DNA from: the human T2T-CHM13v2.0 reference genome, Homo sapiens
Strand: one strand, 5' to 3'
Length of the DNA: 64,000 bases
Assembly (NCBI RefSeq): GCF_009914755.1
Contig: NC_060933.1
The position numbers were made by a program, and so were the translations under genes. Position 1 is the first letter of the stretch, and each line of letters begins with the position of its first letter. This document shows, piece by piece, positions 14,367 through 28,460 of the stretch. Below the pieces are notes generated by a model. The model saw nothing but the letters and a program-made list of their open reading frames with translations, was not told where the DNA came from and ran no database searches.

Positions 14367-14582
14367 CAGCCCAGGCAACATGGTGAGACCCCATCTCTAA
14401 AAATCATTAAAAAATTTTGCCAGGCATGGTAGTGGGAGCCTGTAGTCCCAGCTATTTGGGAGGCTGAGGCAGGAGAATCGCTTGAGCCCAGGAGGTCAAG
14501 GCTGTAATGAGCTATGATTATGCCACTGCCCTCCACCCTGATAAAGCAAGATTCTGTCTCTAAAGGAATGAATGAATGAATA
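14367..14582 (+). mobile_element. 5'-truncated AluJ-like element with (GAAT)n tail
   Basis: agcccaggcaacatggtgagaccc...ctgtctct. Confidence 0.85.
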
Positions 14583-14596
14583 AAATGACAAGTATA

Positions 14597-15008
14597 TTGC
14601 ATCAGTCAGAGCCCAACCAGAGAAAGAGAACTAGTGAGAGATATATATTAAGAGGTTTATTCCAAGGAACTGGCTTGTGTGTGATTGTGGAGGCTGGCTA
14701 GGCATGTCTGAAATCCATAGGGGAGACTGTCAGGAAGGGCAGGCTGGAACCATCAGTCCTAAGCTGAAGCTTGGTTCACAGGTGGGATCTCTTCTTCTCC
14801 AGGGAATCCTTGGCTATGCCTTTCAATTGCCTTTCTAATGCCTTTCAACCAATTGAATGAAGTCCATTCAGATTATCTAGGCTAATCTTCTTTACTTAAA
14901 TCCAATTGATTACAGGCTTTAATCACACCTACAAAATACCTTCACAGAAACACCTAGTGTTTAACTGATTAACTGATCTAGCCACGCTGACATGTAAAAC
15001 TAGCAAAT
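14597..15008 (-). mobile_element. MLT2-family ERVL LTR
   Basis: atcagtcagagcccaaccagaga...aaggaactggct...aaaataccttcacagaaacacctag...ctagccacgctgacatg. Confidence 0.75.
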
Positions 15009-16529
15009 GTATCCACATATATATCCACAAAGATAAATCTCATATATCCACAAAGATAAATCTCATAAATGTAATGCTGAACAACAATTAAAGTTGCAAA
15101 ATCATACATAAGATAAGGTAACACTTATATAAAGGTTTAAAATGGGCAAAAAATTTAACAAAGTTTATGAATATATGGATATATAAAAACATGTAAAGGA
15201 ATGATAAAGTTACTTTATGTTACTGAGTGCCACTGGGAAGGAAGGAAAGGAGTGAAATTGGGAGTAGTTTTACTGTATCTATAATATTCTGTTTGTTTGT
15301 TTGTTTGTTTGTTTTTAAAGGCAAGAGACTCCAAAGTAAATCAGGCATACAAAAATCTTATAAAACCTGGCCCTGATATTGTAATTGCTTATTGTATTAT
15401 TGTTAATACTTGGGTGCGTGTGTGCAATCTTGCACAATCATTATTTTTTAAAAAGCATCATGATTAACCCCCTTTGCACAAGCCTAAAAAGTGGTGTTTA
15501 TACTGGGTGGTCAACTTTGATTCAGAACTACACTGGATAGGACCAGACAGTAGAGGCTTCTTTTTTGTTTTCTAAATGCTAAACAACACTTTGGTGGATG
15601 CTCTGGGTTTTCTTTCATGGTCCAGTGTTTCAGGGAATGAACCTCACCTCCTGGGAGTTGAGCCTGGAAAATCACAGCATTCATCATGCTCCAGCCTGTG
15701 CCCAGTGGAGAGCACAGAGCAGGGTGAGTCATTCTTACTTGAGCCCCGACCTTGGCTGACCTTCGTAGTGCCAAGGTCTGGAGCCAAATGAAACTCCTGA
15801 CTTAAGGAGCTAGAGATAAAGAGGCGGGTGGCTGGTCACATGGTACGTGGCCGCTGATGGAATGTGACTTGTCAGACCCCCCCCAGGGGGCTTTCAGTAG
15901 GGCCTGCATTTGTATTTATTATACCAAGAGACATAATGCTGAGAGTTCTTCCTGAAGAACGTCAGACTTCTGATTTAAGAAGTGGTTGTATACAGATCCA
16001 AAGGTTGTAATCTGCAACATGCCTGCAGAAATTTATCAACTGACATTTTTGTATGGCATGCCAACGTAAGTCTTTTTGCAAAAATTAAACTCTTTTAGGA
16101 TTAAAAAGAACACATGCTATTTGTAAAAATTTGGAATATGTGAAAAGCTAGAGAGAAGAAAACAAACCTCTGAAGCTCACTACCCAACATTATCAGTGAT
16201 TATCTTTTAGCCTTTTTTTCCCGGTGTCATACTTTTTTCTGTAGTTAATGTACCCTTTCAACAATGGTTATTGAGCACCCAGCAAGTACCAGGCTTTATT
16301 CTCGGTGCTAGAGATATGGAAATGTACAAAACAGCCAAGGTCCCTGCTCTTGGGGAGCTAATAAGAAAGAAGGGTAGACTAACCATTGAAAATCAGTATA
16401 TAAATATACAAGATACATTTAGATACAAAATGGTATTATGGAAAAAATGATACCTAATAATACCGAAGACTTATAATGTGCTATTCTAAGCCTTTCACTC
16501 ATGTGTATCAATACATTGAATAAAACTGA

Positions 16530-16533
<4 letters not shown>

Positions 16534-16584
<51 letters not shown>
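16534..16584. repeat. (TG)25 microsatellite
   Basis: Uninterrupted TG run. Confidence 0.98.
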
Positions 16585-16590
<6 letters not shown>

Positions 16591-18097
16591 GAAGGTTAGG
16601 CTATTACAGGAAATCTTTCAATGCAATGATCAGGAATGTCCTATTGAAGAAGACAACGTAGGAACGAAGGTTTACTTAAAGGGAAAAAGATGGCCATGGA
16701 AGACCCAGATTGAGAGCCTTCCCAGCAAAGGGAACAGCAAGTTTAAATACCTTGAGCATAAAATAGTTTGGCATGTTCATGAAACAGAAAAAAGTATGTC
16801 TGGGACTTCAAGGAACAAAAGGCAGAAAGGTCTGCAATGAAACCAAAGATTGTCCTTTTTGGGTTCTCCAGGGAACTCTTGAGAGCAGCAGAAAAAGGCA
16901 TTTTTTTTTTCCAGTGGTTTCATTCTCTTCTTATCCCACCCACTACTTTCACACTCTCATTTCTGTATGAGGAAAGGGCTGAGCTTTTGTTGCAGCTGCT
17001 ACTCTTGGAACAGTTGAGACCATTAACTCACATCTCCTGCACCTGACATGCCAGCATCCTACAGGCAGAATTTAAAGCTTCGGGGTCCTCTTTGCTAAAA
17101 TGCTACCCACACTTAAGTCCACACAAAGTTGAAGGCAGCTTTGCAATTGAGTTTTACCAACAATCTTAGGACCCACATTATTAATTGCTACACAGCAACC
17201 ACTCCTCACTCAGCACTTCTTCCTCAGCTGAGAGGCTTCCCTCTACTGTAAAGGCTAATGATGCCAAATATTTTTTTCTCCTCCCTTGCTTCCAGATGAC
17301 CAAACTCAGAGTTGTGTCTTGGCCCTTAGATTTGCTACCTAAAGCCCACAGCGTGGCTGTCTCAGTTTCCTGACTATCATTCCCTACAATCTGGATTTTG
17401 CAGCTTGAATGTTAATAGGGTAATTCATTGCAGCCCTTTGTTCTCTCTATTGCCTGTAAAATGGTGGTCATAAGCCTCAATACACATAATCTTTAAAACA
17501 ACTCAATAAGGCAGGACCATTCATGTCCCCACTTTACAGACTAATAAACTAAGGCACAAAAAATTATGTACTAGAGGTCATGTAGCTGGAAAGTGGAGGA
17601 GCTAGCGTTGGAATCCAGGCAGAGGCTTCTAACCACTATGCCGCACACAGAGAAATTATTTAAAAGACATTTTAAAATTGTTTTTAATGAACACACAGTA
17701 ATTATACACATTTATGCGGTACAGTGTGATATTTTGATACCTGTATACAATGTGTAATGTAGAAAGACATTTATGCAACCCCCTTTGGTTGAATATTGTC
17801 CAGGAACAGATTATTGGTTTGTTTGTAAGTCTAGAAATCAATTAACTCAATTAGCAAACAATGATGAACCATCTACAGTGTGTGCTGGGCTAAACCGTGG
17901 GATACAAAGTTGGGCAACATGACATTGAAGATGATGATAACTGGTGTGCTGAGAGCTTACTGTGCAACAGCCCCTGACCCAGGTGCTATGGATATAATGG
18001 GGAGCATCATAGTCCAGGTGAATTTCATCACAGACCTCAATCTTGTAGGAGAGAATCAACCGTGAACCAAGCGCTATAATGGGAATTGTTTAGAGTT

Positions 18098-18287
18098 GTG
18101 CGGTCCAGTCCGGGCATCACCAGCCACATGGGACTATTTAAAAGCAATTAAAATTAAATAATACTTACACATCAGTCCCTCGGTCACATTAACCACATTT
18201 CAAGTGCACATGTGGCTCGTGGCTACCTATAAATAGCACAGATTATGGAACAATATTCTTGCTGAACGTTCTGTTGGATGGCACTGG
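18098..18287. mobile_element. MER3-like hAT MITE
   Basis: ccagccacatg...aattaaaattaaata...ccacatttcaagtgc...tgttggatggcactg. Confidence 0.8.
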
Positions 18288-21194
18288 TTTAGAGTGTTTG
18301 GAAGCACAGAGAGACATTTCTCATTTAAACTTGGAGGTGAGGAGAGGTGTCAAGAAAGGGATCCTGAACAAAGTAATGTTTAAGCTGACACGTGAAGAAT
18401 GACTAGTTTTAATCCTTACTAGAGTTCTGTGAAATATTTTGTATCTCTACTTAATGAATGAGAAAATGGTCTCCAGGAAGTTGAGAAACTTGCCTGAAGT
18501 TGCAAGAAAAGGGTGAGAGAGAATATTTGATTCCCAAATCCATGCTTGAAACACTAACAGTCACTAAAGCAACCATGGACAAAAGAGATCTCTTTTGAAA
18601 GAAACAGGTAGCAACTTCACAAATAATTGTTTGAAGACTTTGTGCTGTATTTTAAAGCACTCTGTTAAGTATTAATGTAATATGAAGTTTCCAAAAACAA
18701 TTTAAAAAACACAGGGCTTCTCACCACATGGAGTCTGCCATTTCACGGAGAGATAGACAGGTGTCTATGAAATGTTGGCAGAACAAGTGAATTCTAAGTG
18801 CTATAGGAATTACAGGAGGTGGTAATGTCTTCCTGTGAAGACTTCCTGGAACAGGGAGGAATTAAGAGGGGTCTTAAAACTGTGTAGAATGGGCATATCA
18901 GAGCATTGCAGGCAGGAGGAAAGTTTGTTGGAAGGCTCAGGATGGGGGCCTGCAAGATCAGTGCTGAGAATGGGAATAATACCTTAGTCTTACGTTGGGG
19001 GTTTGTTCAGATGAGACAACTCAGTCTTTTCTGCAGGCATGGGCTTTCAACACAAATTCTTCTTGAACAATATTTATGGGTGTGTCTATAAATATTGGTT
19101 CAGGGGCAGGGCAGAGACATCACTATTTCCCCTTCAGGGAATTTCCCTCAGAGAGCATTATTGACATCACAACAGAATTCGTGGCTTCCCAGAGGAAAAG
19201 TCTTCAGGAACTCACAAGAGAGATTTTCGGGGCAACCCTTCTTTGCTTTCAGCGTGTGTTTAACAGTTCTTCCCCTTTCTCTCATACCTTTCTTCAAACC
19301 TGCAAATGAATCCCAGTGCTAGAGAGTACAGAATTACTTGTGGGAATTTAAAATCAATACATTGTTATGCACTTAAGTTCATGGGAAAAATAATCTAATT
19401 AACAAATATCTGCACTGACTTGTGAGCTATGTGAATCTGACAAATTAATACTATACATGGCATTTTATATACTCGGTTTGCTGTTCACATACTATCTGTT
19501 GGGTTCTACTTTTTTGTCTTAACATTGTCTTATGTACAATTTTCTTGGCACATCAATATAGTCCAAATAAGACCACTTTTTAATGATAGTTTATAACAAA
19601 ATCAGTCTTCAATTATTGGCTAGTAGATTTATTGCCTGATAGCATTTTAAAAATATCAGTGCAATGAATAGTTTTGTACAATCATTTTTTAATTACATAT
19701 TTTTGTTTTTAGAGCATATTCTCTAAAATGGGATGACTAGAACCTAGGTTTAATCATTGTATGCCTCTTGTTAGTTGTTCTCTAGGAAGATTATACCAAT
19801 ATTTACCTAGTGTATCTGTCCTCCCAAAGCCTTGTCAACACTGGATTTTGAATTATTACTTTGCTCTTGGTAATTTAAGGGACCTTACTTCGACTCTCTG
19901 TCTCAGTTGCTTTATCTGTGGATGTGGATAATGAGTTTTCAGGGTTGAGGATTGAATGAGATAGTGCAGGCAAAGCATCGGCACAAGGCACGGTATATAG
20001 TAAATAGGCCGCTAATGTCTATTCTTCCCTTGTAAGGAGTATGCAATGGGAATTTAGAGCTGCTTCACGTTGGGTTTTTTGTTGTTTGTTTGTTTGTTTG
20101 CTGCTGAGGTTAAGCATTTCTTTCAAGTGATTATGTATCACTGGAATACCTGGGGTGTGTCTTAAAGCCACTCTCCCTTTCCACTCTTCTCTATCTCCTC
20201 TGTCCCACAGTATGCCCCAGTCCTGAACTAGACTTTACCATCCTCTATTCACCACCTGGTCCAAGATCCAAAATAATCACCATGACTAGACTTGAGATAC
20301 AGTGCTAATAGGAGACAGCAGAACATCCCTACAAACTCAGAGTTCTAGAACCACACATTCTCCATGTGGAAAGGAAGTCCCAGTGGTTGTCTGTCCAACT
20401 TTCCAGTGATCATCTGACAGATTCCCATCAGTAGATGTGTTCTCTTCTTAAAATATGTTAAATAACACCCCTCAAGTAAATTCTATGAAGAATTTAAGGT
20501 GAGGCTAGAATTTGGCCTCTTTATTCTTGGTACCTAGGCAACATGGTCAGTACTCTTACCTACCATAGTCAATTCTCAGATAATCGTGTTATCACTTAGC
20601 CAAATTTTGAAACATCTTTGAGAAACATTGAATTAAGTTCTTAATGTCATAATTAAACCGAGTAGAGAGCATTCTTCTGTTGATAGGACTCAATATTTTA
20701 TTTAATGGGACTTCTCCCATGTAGTTTACAGCCACGAAACATTTAAAGTCTACCTTCTTCTAGATAAGAGCTGGTGTCTGAAATTGATAAATCAAGAAAT
20801 AGAAGCTTGAGTATGTTATTTGAAGTTATAAAAGTAGAAACTATTACCAAAATAAATTCAGAAAAATTGGAAAGCAGAAAGGGAAAGAGGATGTGGGAGA
20901 CAGTCAAACTGTGTCAACTTTCTTTTCTTTTCAAAGTTGAGTGTTAAACATACTTTTAAAAATGACAGCTCAATTAAGAGATTGAATTATATATTAAATA
21001 ATATATAATTATATTATTTAATGTTAAAACGGTAACTACTAGAAGAATAAAAAACCAGAATCTTCTAACAGTGGTCTTCCCACGAGGCTAGAACCACAAG
21101 TTGGAGGGTAGATAAGAAGAAAAACCTTATGTTTAATTTTAGACTCCTCTATATGCTTTGAAATTTTTGATACATGCACATTATCTTTTCCTTT

Positions 21195-22060
21195 TTTAAA
21201 AGGTGCTTTATTGAGAAATAACTTACATATCATTCCATTCACCTATTTAGAGTATACAATTCAATGGTTTTCGGTATATTCACAAAGTTATGCATTCGTC
21301 ATTAACTTTAGAACATTTTTATCACCTTCCCTACCCCCAATCCTGTACCCGTTAGCAGTCACTCCTCATTTTCCTATTATGCCCCCTCTCCCCAGCCAGA
21401 GGCAACCTCTTTCTGTCTCTGCAGATTTGTCTATACTGGATATTTTCTATAAATGTAATTAAACAACATGTAGCCTTTTGTGTCTGGTTTATTTCAGTTA
21501 GCATAACATTTTCAAGGTTCATCCACATTGTAGCATGTACTGATACTTCATTCCTTTTTATTGCTGGATAATATCTCATTGTATGAATATACAACATTTT
21601 CTTTATCCACTTATCAGTTAATGGATATTTAAGTTGTTTCCACTTTTTGGCTATTGTGAACAATGCTGCTATGAACATTTGTGTACAAGTTTTTGTGTAG
21701 ATGTATGTTTTCATTTCTCTTGGATAGATATGTAGGAGTGGAATTGCTGGGTTGTATCTTAACTCTACATTTAAACTGTTGAGGAACTGCCAGAATTTTT
21801 TCAAAAGTGGTTGCTTCTTTTTCAATTCTCACCAGCAATGGAGGAGAGTTCCAATTTTTCTGCCTCTTCACCAACACTTATTATTATCTCTCTTTCTGAT
21901 TCTAGCCATCCTAGTAGATATAAAGTGTTGTATAGTAGATGTCTTTGTAGTTTTAATTTGCATTTCCCTAATGACTAATAAAGTTGAGTATATTTTCAAA
22001 TGCTTATTGGTCATTTGTATATCTTCTTTGAGAAATGTCTATTTAGATCCTTTGCCCTGT
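21195..22060 (-). mobile_element. L1MB-like 3' end (ORF2 C-terminus plus 3'UTR)
   Basis: ORF 21352..21825(-) reads YNPAIPLLHIYPREMKTY..CTQMFIAALFTIAKKWKQ, the L1 ORF2 C-terminal signature. Confidence 0.9.
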
Positions 22061-23437
22061 GAACATTATTTTAATCTAGAAAAACTGTAAGATATTTGAC
22101 AGCATGGTAAGCAAATAACAAATGTTGGACCTGGCAGTCTCTGGGTGAAGAAAATGAAGAGTGATTTCTTTTTTGTTTTTCTAAATTTTCCTAAGTTTTA
22201 AAAACAAACATAATTTTTTGTCATCTTCAAATATTTACATTTTTCCTCAATTTCTTTATCTTTTTCTGATTTGAAAAATTAGCACAAGAAAGTTTTGTTA
22301 AAGAAGATACAATATTAACCTAGAGGCAACAATAGCTAACATTTCGGAAGATTTCTTTTCAGGACTTTTCTCAACTTTGCGTACTTTTTTGAGGTTGTAG
22401 TATATGTACATGTTCAATTTATGCCTTTTATTCTTATCAGGATATCACAGACAAACTCTTGCATATTAAATAAACCTCTTATTTAATTTTTTCATCTGAA
22501 AGTCTGTAGAGGAAATGCCACCATATCGCTTGGCATGCAGAATGGTCACAAAGAAGGGCTTCTTTCATACATTCATTACTCCAAAATTAAGAAAAAACTA
22601 CACAAACATGCAACACCTACTGTTCCCAACCTATGGGCAACACAAACCTAGGACACAGCAGACTTTTAAGAGGTCATCGCCTAGTCCTTTGCTGTAGTCT
22701 GATGTTCTCTGCCTGCTTCACACTGGAAAAGACAGACAGTTTTAAGTAGTATGAAGATGCTGGGCAACTCTCCAATACTTTCTAACTTGTATCTTCACAG
22801 AATAGCTTTGCCTTTTGGGTTAAATTATTTGTAATCTCCAAAGCACTGCCAACTCCCATATTTTTCCTTAAAATATGTGCTATAAAAAGCTGTATTCCTC
22901 TTGCTTTCCCCATCCTGTTTCTCTTTCCCTCATTACAATTATTATTCCTGAAATCACCCATGCCATCAGGACAAGCTGACTGCAGGTAGAGGGATGAGTT
23001 ATGTTTCTCTTCACTTTTTTTCCTATCCCAAAGGCTCCAAAGTTTCTGGTTGCAACAACTTTAAAAGCTGATTGCACAGATTCCATTTTCTCCTATGGTA
23101 ATGAAATTAAATAGTCTCTCATCCTGGCAAGAGCTCCAGAAGAATACTTCTTTTACACTTGCTTTAAATGTTCAATTTTCTGTACCAATATAGGCTGCTG
23201 ACTCTTTAAGCTCCCATGTATGTCCACAAACACTTCAAGACAGCAGTACCATCCAAAACCACACACATACAACAGGCTGCTTCCAATGTGAAAATCCGGG
23301 GGAAATACCAGGATATAGCACAGAAGAAGAATCCTGACTACTAAAGACTCTCCCTCATAAGCCTCCAGTCATAGCTGTGCAAGATTAAATGTAAGATGAA
23401 TGGCTCGTGTTTAATTCAGTGCATGGGGCTGAGAATA

Positions 23438-23824
23438 TAGTGCTCCCCAGTGTCCAGGCTCTTCTCTTCTTCCCAGGCACAGCGCTTACATGGAGTTTTC
23501 CAGACCCCTTGCAAGTAGGTGGGGCTGTGGGATCAATTTCTGGCCAGTGGAATGTGAGTGGACGTGATGATTGCCACTCCTCCACCTGGCATTCTAAATC
23601 TTTCATTCTGTCTTGCAGTTCAGGAAGGATTTCAGAGGCCACTTGTTGAAGATAATGGCGCCATGAGACAGGAGGAGCCAGGGTCTCTGGCTGATTGCAC
23701 AAAACCAGCCCCACCACCAAATCACACTGAATGTTGACATGAACAAGAAATGAATCTTTATTATACTAATCCACTGAGGCTTGCGGGTTGTATGTGAAAT
23801 CCGTTTGCATACCCTGATTAACAC
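23438..23824 (+). mobile_element. MLT1 (I/J-like) LTR
   Basis: ttctggccagtggaatgtgagtgga... and 3' end ...ccactgagg...ccctgattaacaca. Confidence 0.7.
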
Positions 23825-25326
23825 AGCTCCTTTTGCTTTTCTCCCATCCCAGCCAAATATTTTAGGTTGCTGTGACAGCTTGCTGACAACATCTTATAAG
23901 GGGTGTCAGAACAGGAAGCTCCATTTTGCTAGCAAAACATTCAAATTCAAATATTGTCAGGAGGAGACAGTCTTGCTAGTAAGGTTCCACCTAAATGGTT
24001 CCAAGTCAGGAGAGTCACTAAATGTTTTGAGAAATAAAAGTGAAAATCAATGTGTCTTCCCAGTGTATTCACATGGCACAGTGTCACAGAGGGCTTGAGC
24101 GTCTGAGCGTGGACTTCACTGGTTGACTAACGTTAACATGCATGTCTGTTCAACAAGTGTTTGTGGTGTCATCAGTGTCACACATGCTACCTTCCTTCAC
24201 AAAACAAAGCTGAGAAAGTCTGAGTCTTTGCCCTGGAAGTTTCCCTCCACACAGGGTAGGATCTGCCTCGTCCACTGTAAGCAACTGAGCCCTCCCTGAA
24301 ATGGCCCCAGGAAGGTGTCAGCTATGTCTTGGGCAGACAGCTACTGCCTCTACTTAGGAAGTTTGAGTGACTTTGTTGAATTCATTACCTTTCCTTCTTT
24401 TGCAGCCATCCCAGGAGCTGAAATACCATCATTTCTTGGTATTCTTCCTAGACCAGTCACCCTTTTATTTGGACTAATTTGATGTCAAATGTTTCATAAT
24501 TGATGAGGATTTTTTAAAAATGTTTTGAGTAGGTAGAAAACAAACTACTTTGCATGTTATAACAAAGAAGGGTTGAGCATGAAAAATCTATGCTCAATCA
24601 TGAAGACCCCTGGGCATATTCTGCTGATCACTTCCTGCTCTGGGGATAAAATGGCAGCCTAGGGTTTGACTCCTGGTTCCAGAGATAATTTCTGTGACCT
24701 TAGGAAAGTTGTTTCGATACTCATGGTATAATGATTGCAATAATTATTTTGGTGTGTGTTGAGGAACACTGCTGACTCACTTCTGCCTCTTTCCTCTACC
24801 TCAAGCTTTAAAACTGGCCTCTCCAACCAAAAAGCGGGGCAGGGTGGGGGTGGGTGGCGCGACGGTTCTCTCTCCCTTATCAAGGCCATGACTTTCAACT
24901 TCCTTAAAACCCAGGTTCAGACTTGATATAGAAAATGTGTGTATAAATTTTGCATGCTTTAAGAATCTTTCTGAAATGCAGCTTGATTCTCTATGCTATC
25001 CCGGCAATTCTCTATTTTTTGTCCTTTCTCTCCTCCATTCTGATATTCTCTTGCTTCTTGTTCACTCCTCGAATCAATCATTATTTGGTTCATGTTGTTT
25101 TTGTAACTTGTGGGCAAAGTGAAAACTCACCTTAAAAAAAGTATGTATGTGGGTCAGTTTGTAACGAGAAAAAATGTTAAAGAGAAAAGGAGTAACTGAA
25201 TTCAAAAGAAAATAGATTATACAGGCTGGTGGAAATTAGACTGGTATTCTTAATGGTGTATATATATTTTTAATGTTAGAAACAATATAACATCAATTTT
25301 TTTAAACCTTAGAATTCTCCCACCCT

Positions 25327-25803
25327 GGTATACTATGCAGCCATAAAAAAGGATGAGTTCATGTCCTTTGTAGGACATGAAACCATCCTTTGTAGGAATG
25401 AAACCATCATTCTCAGCAAACTATCTCAAGGACAGAAAACCAAACACCACATGTTCTCACTCACAGGTAGGAACTGAACAATGAGAACACTTGGACACAG
25501 GAAGGGGAACATCACACATGGGGGCCTGTCGTGGGGTGGGGGGAGGGGGGAAGGATAGCATTAGGAGATATACCTAATGTAAATGACGAGTTAATGGGTG
25601 CAGCACACCAACATGGCACATATATACATATGTAACAAACCTGCATGTTGTGCACATATACCCTAGAACTTAAAGTATAAACAAAAAACAAAAACTTCAC
25701 ATGTGCTCTCTAGATCAAGCTTATCTGTTACCTTCATACAGCTATTGAGTCGGTTACTGAGGATGAAAAATAAATAATATTGACAAAAATATTACAAAAA
25801 AAA
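25327..25803 (+). mobile_element. 5'-truncated L1PA (PA4/5-like) with apparent 3' transduction
   Basis: L1PA 3'UTR 25327-~25695, non-L1 segment to ~25795, second A tract; perfect TSD AGAATTCTCCCACCCT at 25311-25326 and 25804-25819. Confidence 0.92.
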
Positions 25804-27169
25804 AGAATTCTCCCACCCTAACATGAGAACTTTAAACATTGTTCTTTTCCAGGTATTTATCGTTCATGTGCATTATTTTTTACATAATTATAATCTCCAT
25901 ATATATAATTTTATGTTTTTGCTATGAAATTTTAGGCGCACATTGCTTAGCTCTTCTTCCTGCTTCCTAGATGGGTCACCAGGTATTTTGGAGAACTTTT
26001 CCAGGGTCAGACCTGTATGCCTGCTAACACTGGGCCTCCAGTTTTCTTATTGTTCTTAGCTGAATGTAAACATCAATGAGTTTTGAGAAGAGCTAGATAA
26101 TACCAACCTCTGGGCAAAGAACAGTAAGTTAAATAGGACATGTGTCTGGTAGATTTGCATATATTCTAGCTTTTAAAAACTCAAGAAAAAAGTACTGAGA
26201 GGTATTGTAAATCACTCATGAAGGCTTAAGATACAAGTGCACCTCTTCTAAAGGGTTCTGAGTCTTTAATATGCAAACTCCTCCAAGCCTTGGCACTAAA
26301 TGTATTGCAGAAGGAACATTCCTTTGGCATGTTAGGCATGTAAGGGACTTTTCAGAGCATCTTGTCTAACTCTCTCATGGTGCAGACAAGGAATCTGCCA
26401 CCAAGAAAGAATGCAGATTTCACTGTTGTGGGGACAGAGCTGGAGTGACAAACCAGGTCTTACGGCTCCTAATTCAATGCTCTTTCCAATCCTGAGAGGA
26501 AAGAGGAACAAGGGGATGGATAGGATTAAGAAAGAAAGAAAGAAAAAAGGCAGCAAAAAAGAAAGCAAAGCTGGATGAAAGAGAAGAGGGTACAGGGAAT
26601 TAAGAAGAAAAGGAAGGCGATGCATATGAGGTTGTCAAGCCTTTGCTTGAATGTAAGGTTCCCAGGGTAAACTGGTCCTCTGAAATTAGTGTCTCAAGTT
26701 ATACAGGGGCATCAGCTAAGCGTTTAGCCTTTCTTGTCTGCTTAGACATGAAGTTTCTAGAAAGAGAGGGCAATGTGGCAGGAGGATGGTCCCTAGAGAT
26801 TTGGGAAGGATGCTGGCTCTACTTCTCTACTCTTCAATGTCAACGAATGCAATGCATGCCTTTCATCTGGATTCCTGTTTTTTTCTCATTGGAAAAAAAA
26901 TAAAGGACAGATGAACAGGTGGAACTATCCATAGCTCACCAATGTTCCTCAAGTTCCCTCTGAATATTTATTGGACTTCAGTTGCTCTTGAGACATCACC
27001 AAAAAAAAAAAAAAATGCTAAATGTGCATTAGCAACTTAGAGAAATGCAACCTCCGGCATTTCATAGAAAGGTCCAGAAAGAATGTGTAACTGGTTCAAA
27101 GTGGCGTAGCTAAGAAGAATATATCGATGATCTGATGTGGTGTCACAAAGCACCCAAACACGTAGTGGA

Positions 27170-28041
<872 letters not shown>

Positions 28042-28460
28042 GTGGCTTTAAACAGCAACCATTTATTGTTTCTCATGAATCTATGAGTTGGGAGGGTGGT
28101 TCTGGTGATCTGGACCAAGCCTAGCCAATCTCATTCAGACTTGCTTGTGCCTCCACAGTCAAGTGAGGGCTGACTGGTCAAGGATGCCTCAGCTGTTATG
28201 ACTCAGCTCTGCTCTACAGGGTCTTTCATCTTCCAGCAGGCTTATTCTGGTGATGTCAGAATTCCAAGACTGGAAACAGAAATGTGTAAACATTTTTCCA
28301 GCGTTCATTTACATCAAGCCGGCTACTGTCTTGTTGGTCAAAGTAAATCATACGGTTGGGCCCAGAATAGGAGTGGACTACAAGGTTAGAGGGAAAGACC
28401 TTGGAGAAAAAAGGAGGTCATTTATTGGGGGGCCACTAATACTATCAAATGTACTACTAG
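28042..28460 (-). mobile_element. Older antisense MLT1 LTR (host of the previous element; its first part is at ~27130-27169)
   Basis: gtggctttaaacagcaaccatttattgtttctcatgaatct...ttggtcaaagtaaatcata. Confidence 0.6.

Larger units (their letters stand above)
12995..15450 (+). mobile_element. Old L1M ORF2 end/3'UTR, interrupted by MER58A, an Alu fragment and an MLT2 LTR
   Basis: L1 ORF2-like motifs (caagacagtgtg, aatggtattggaacaactgg, ggccaaaagatttgaacagacactt, atgaccctgcaattctacttctag). Confidence 0.8.

Noticed and set aside
21352-21825. 157-aa ORF
   Set aside because: Decayed L1 ORF2 C-terminus, not a host gene.
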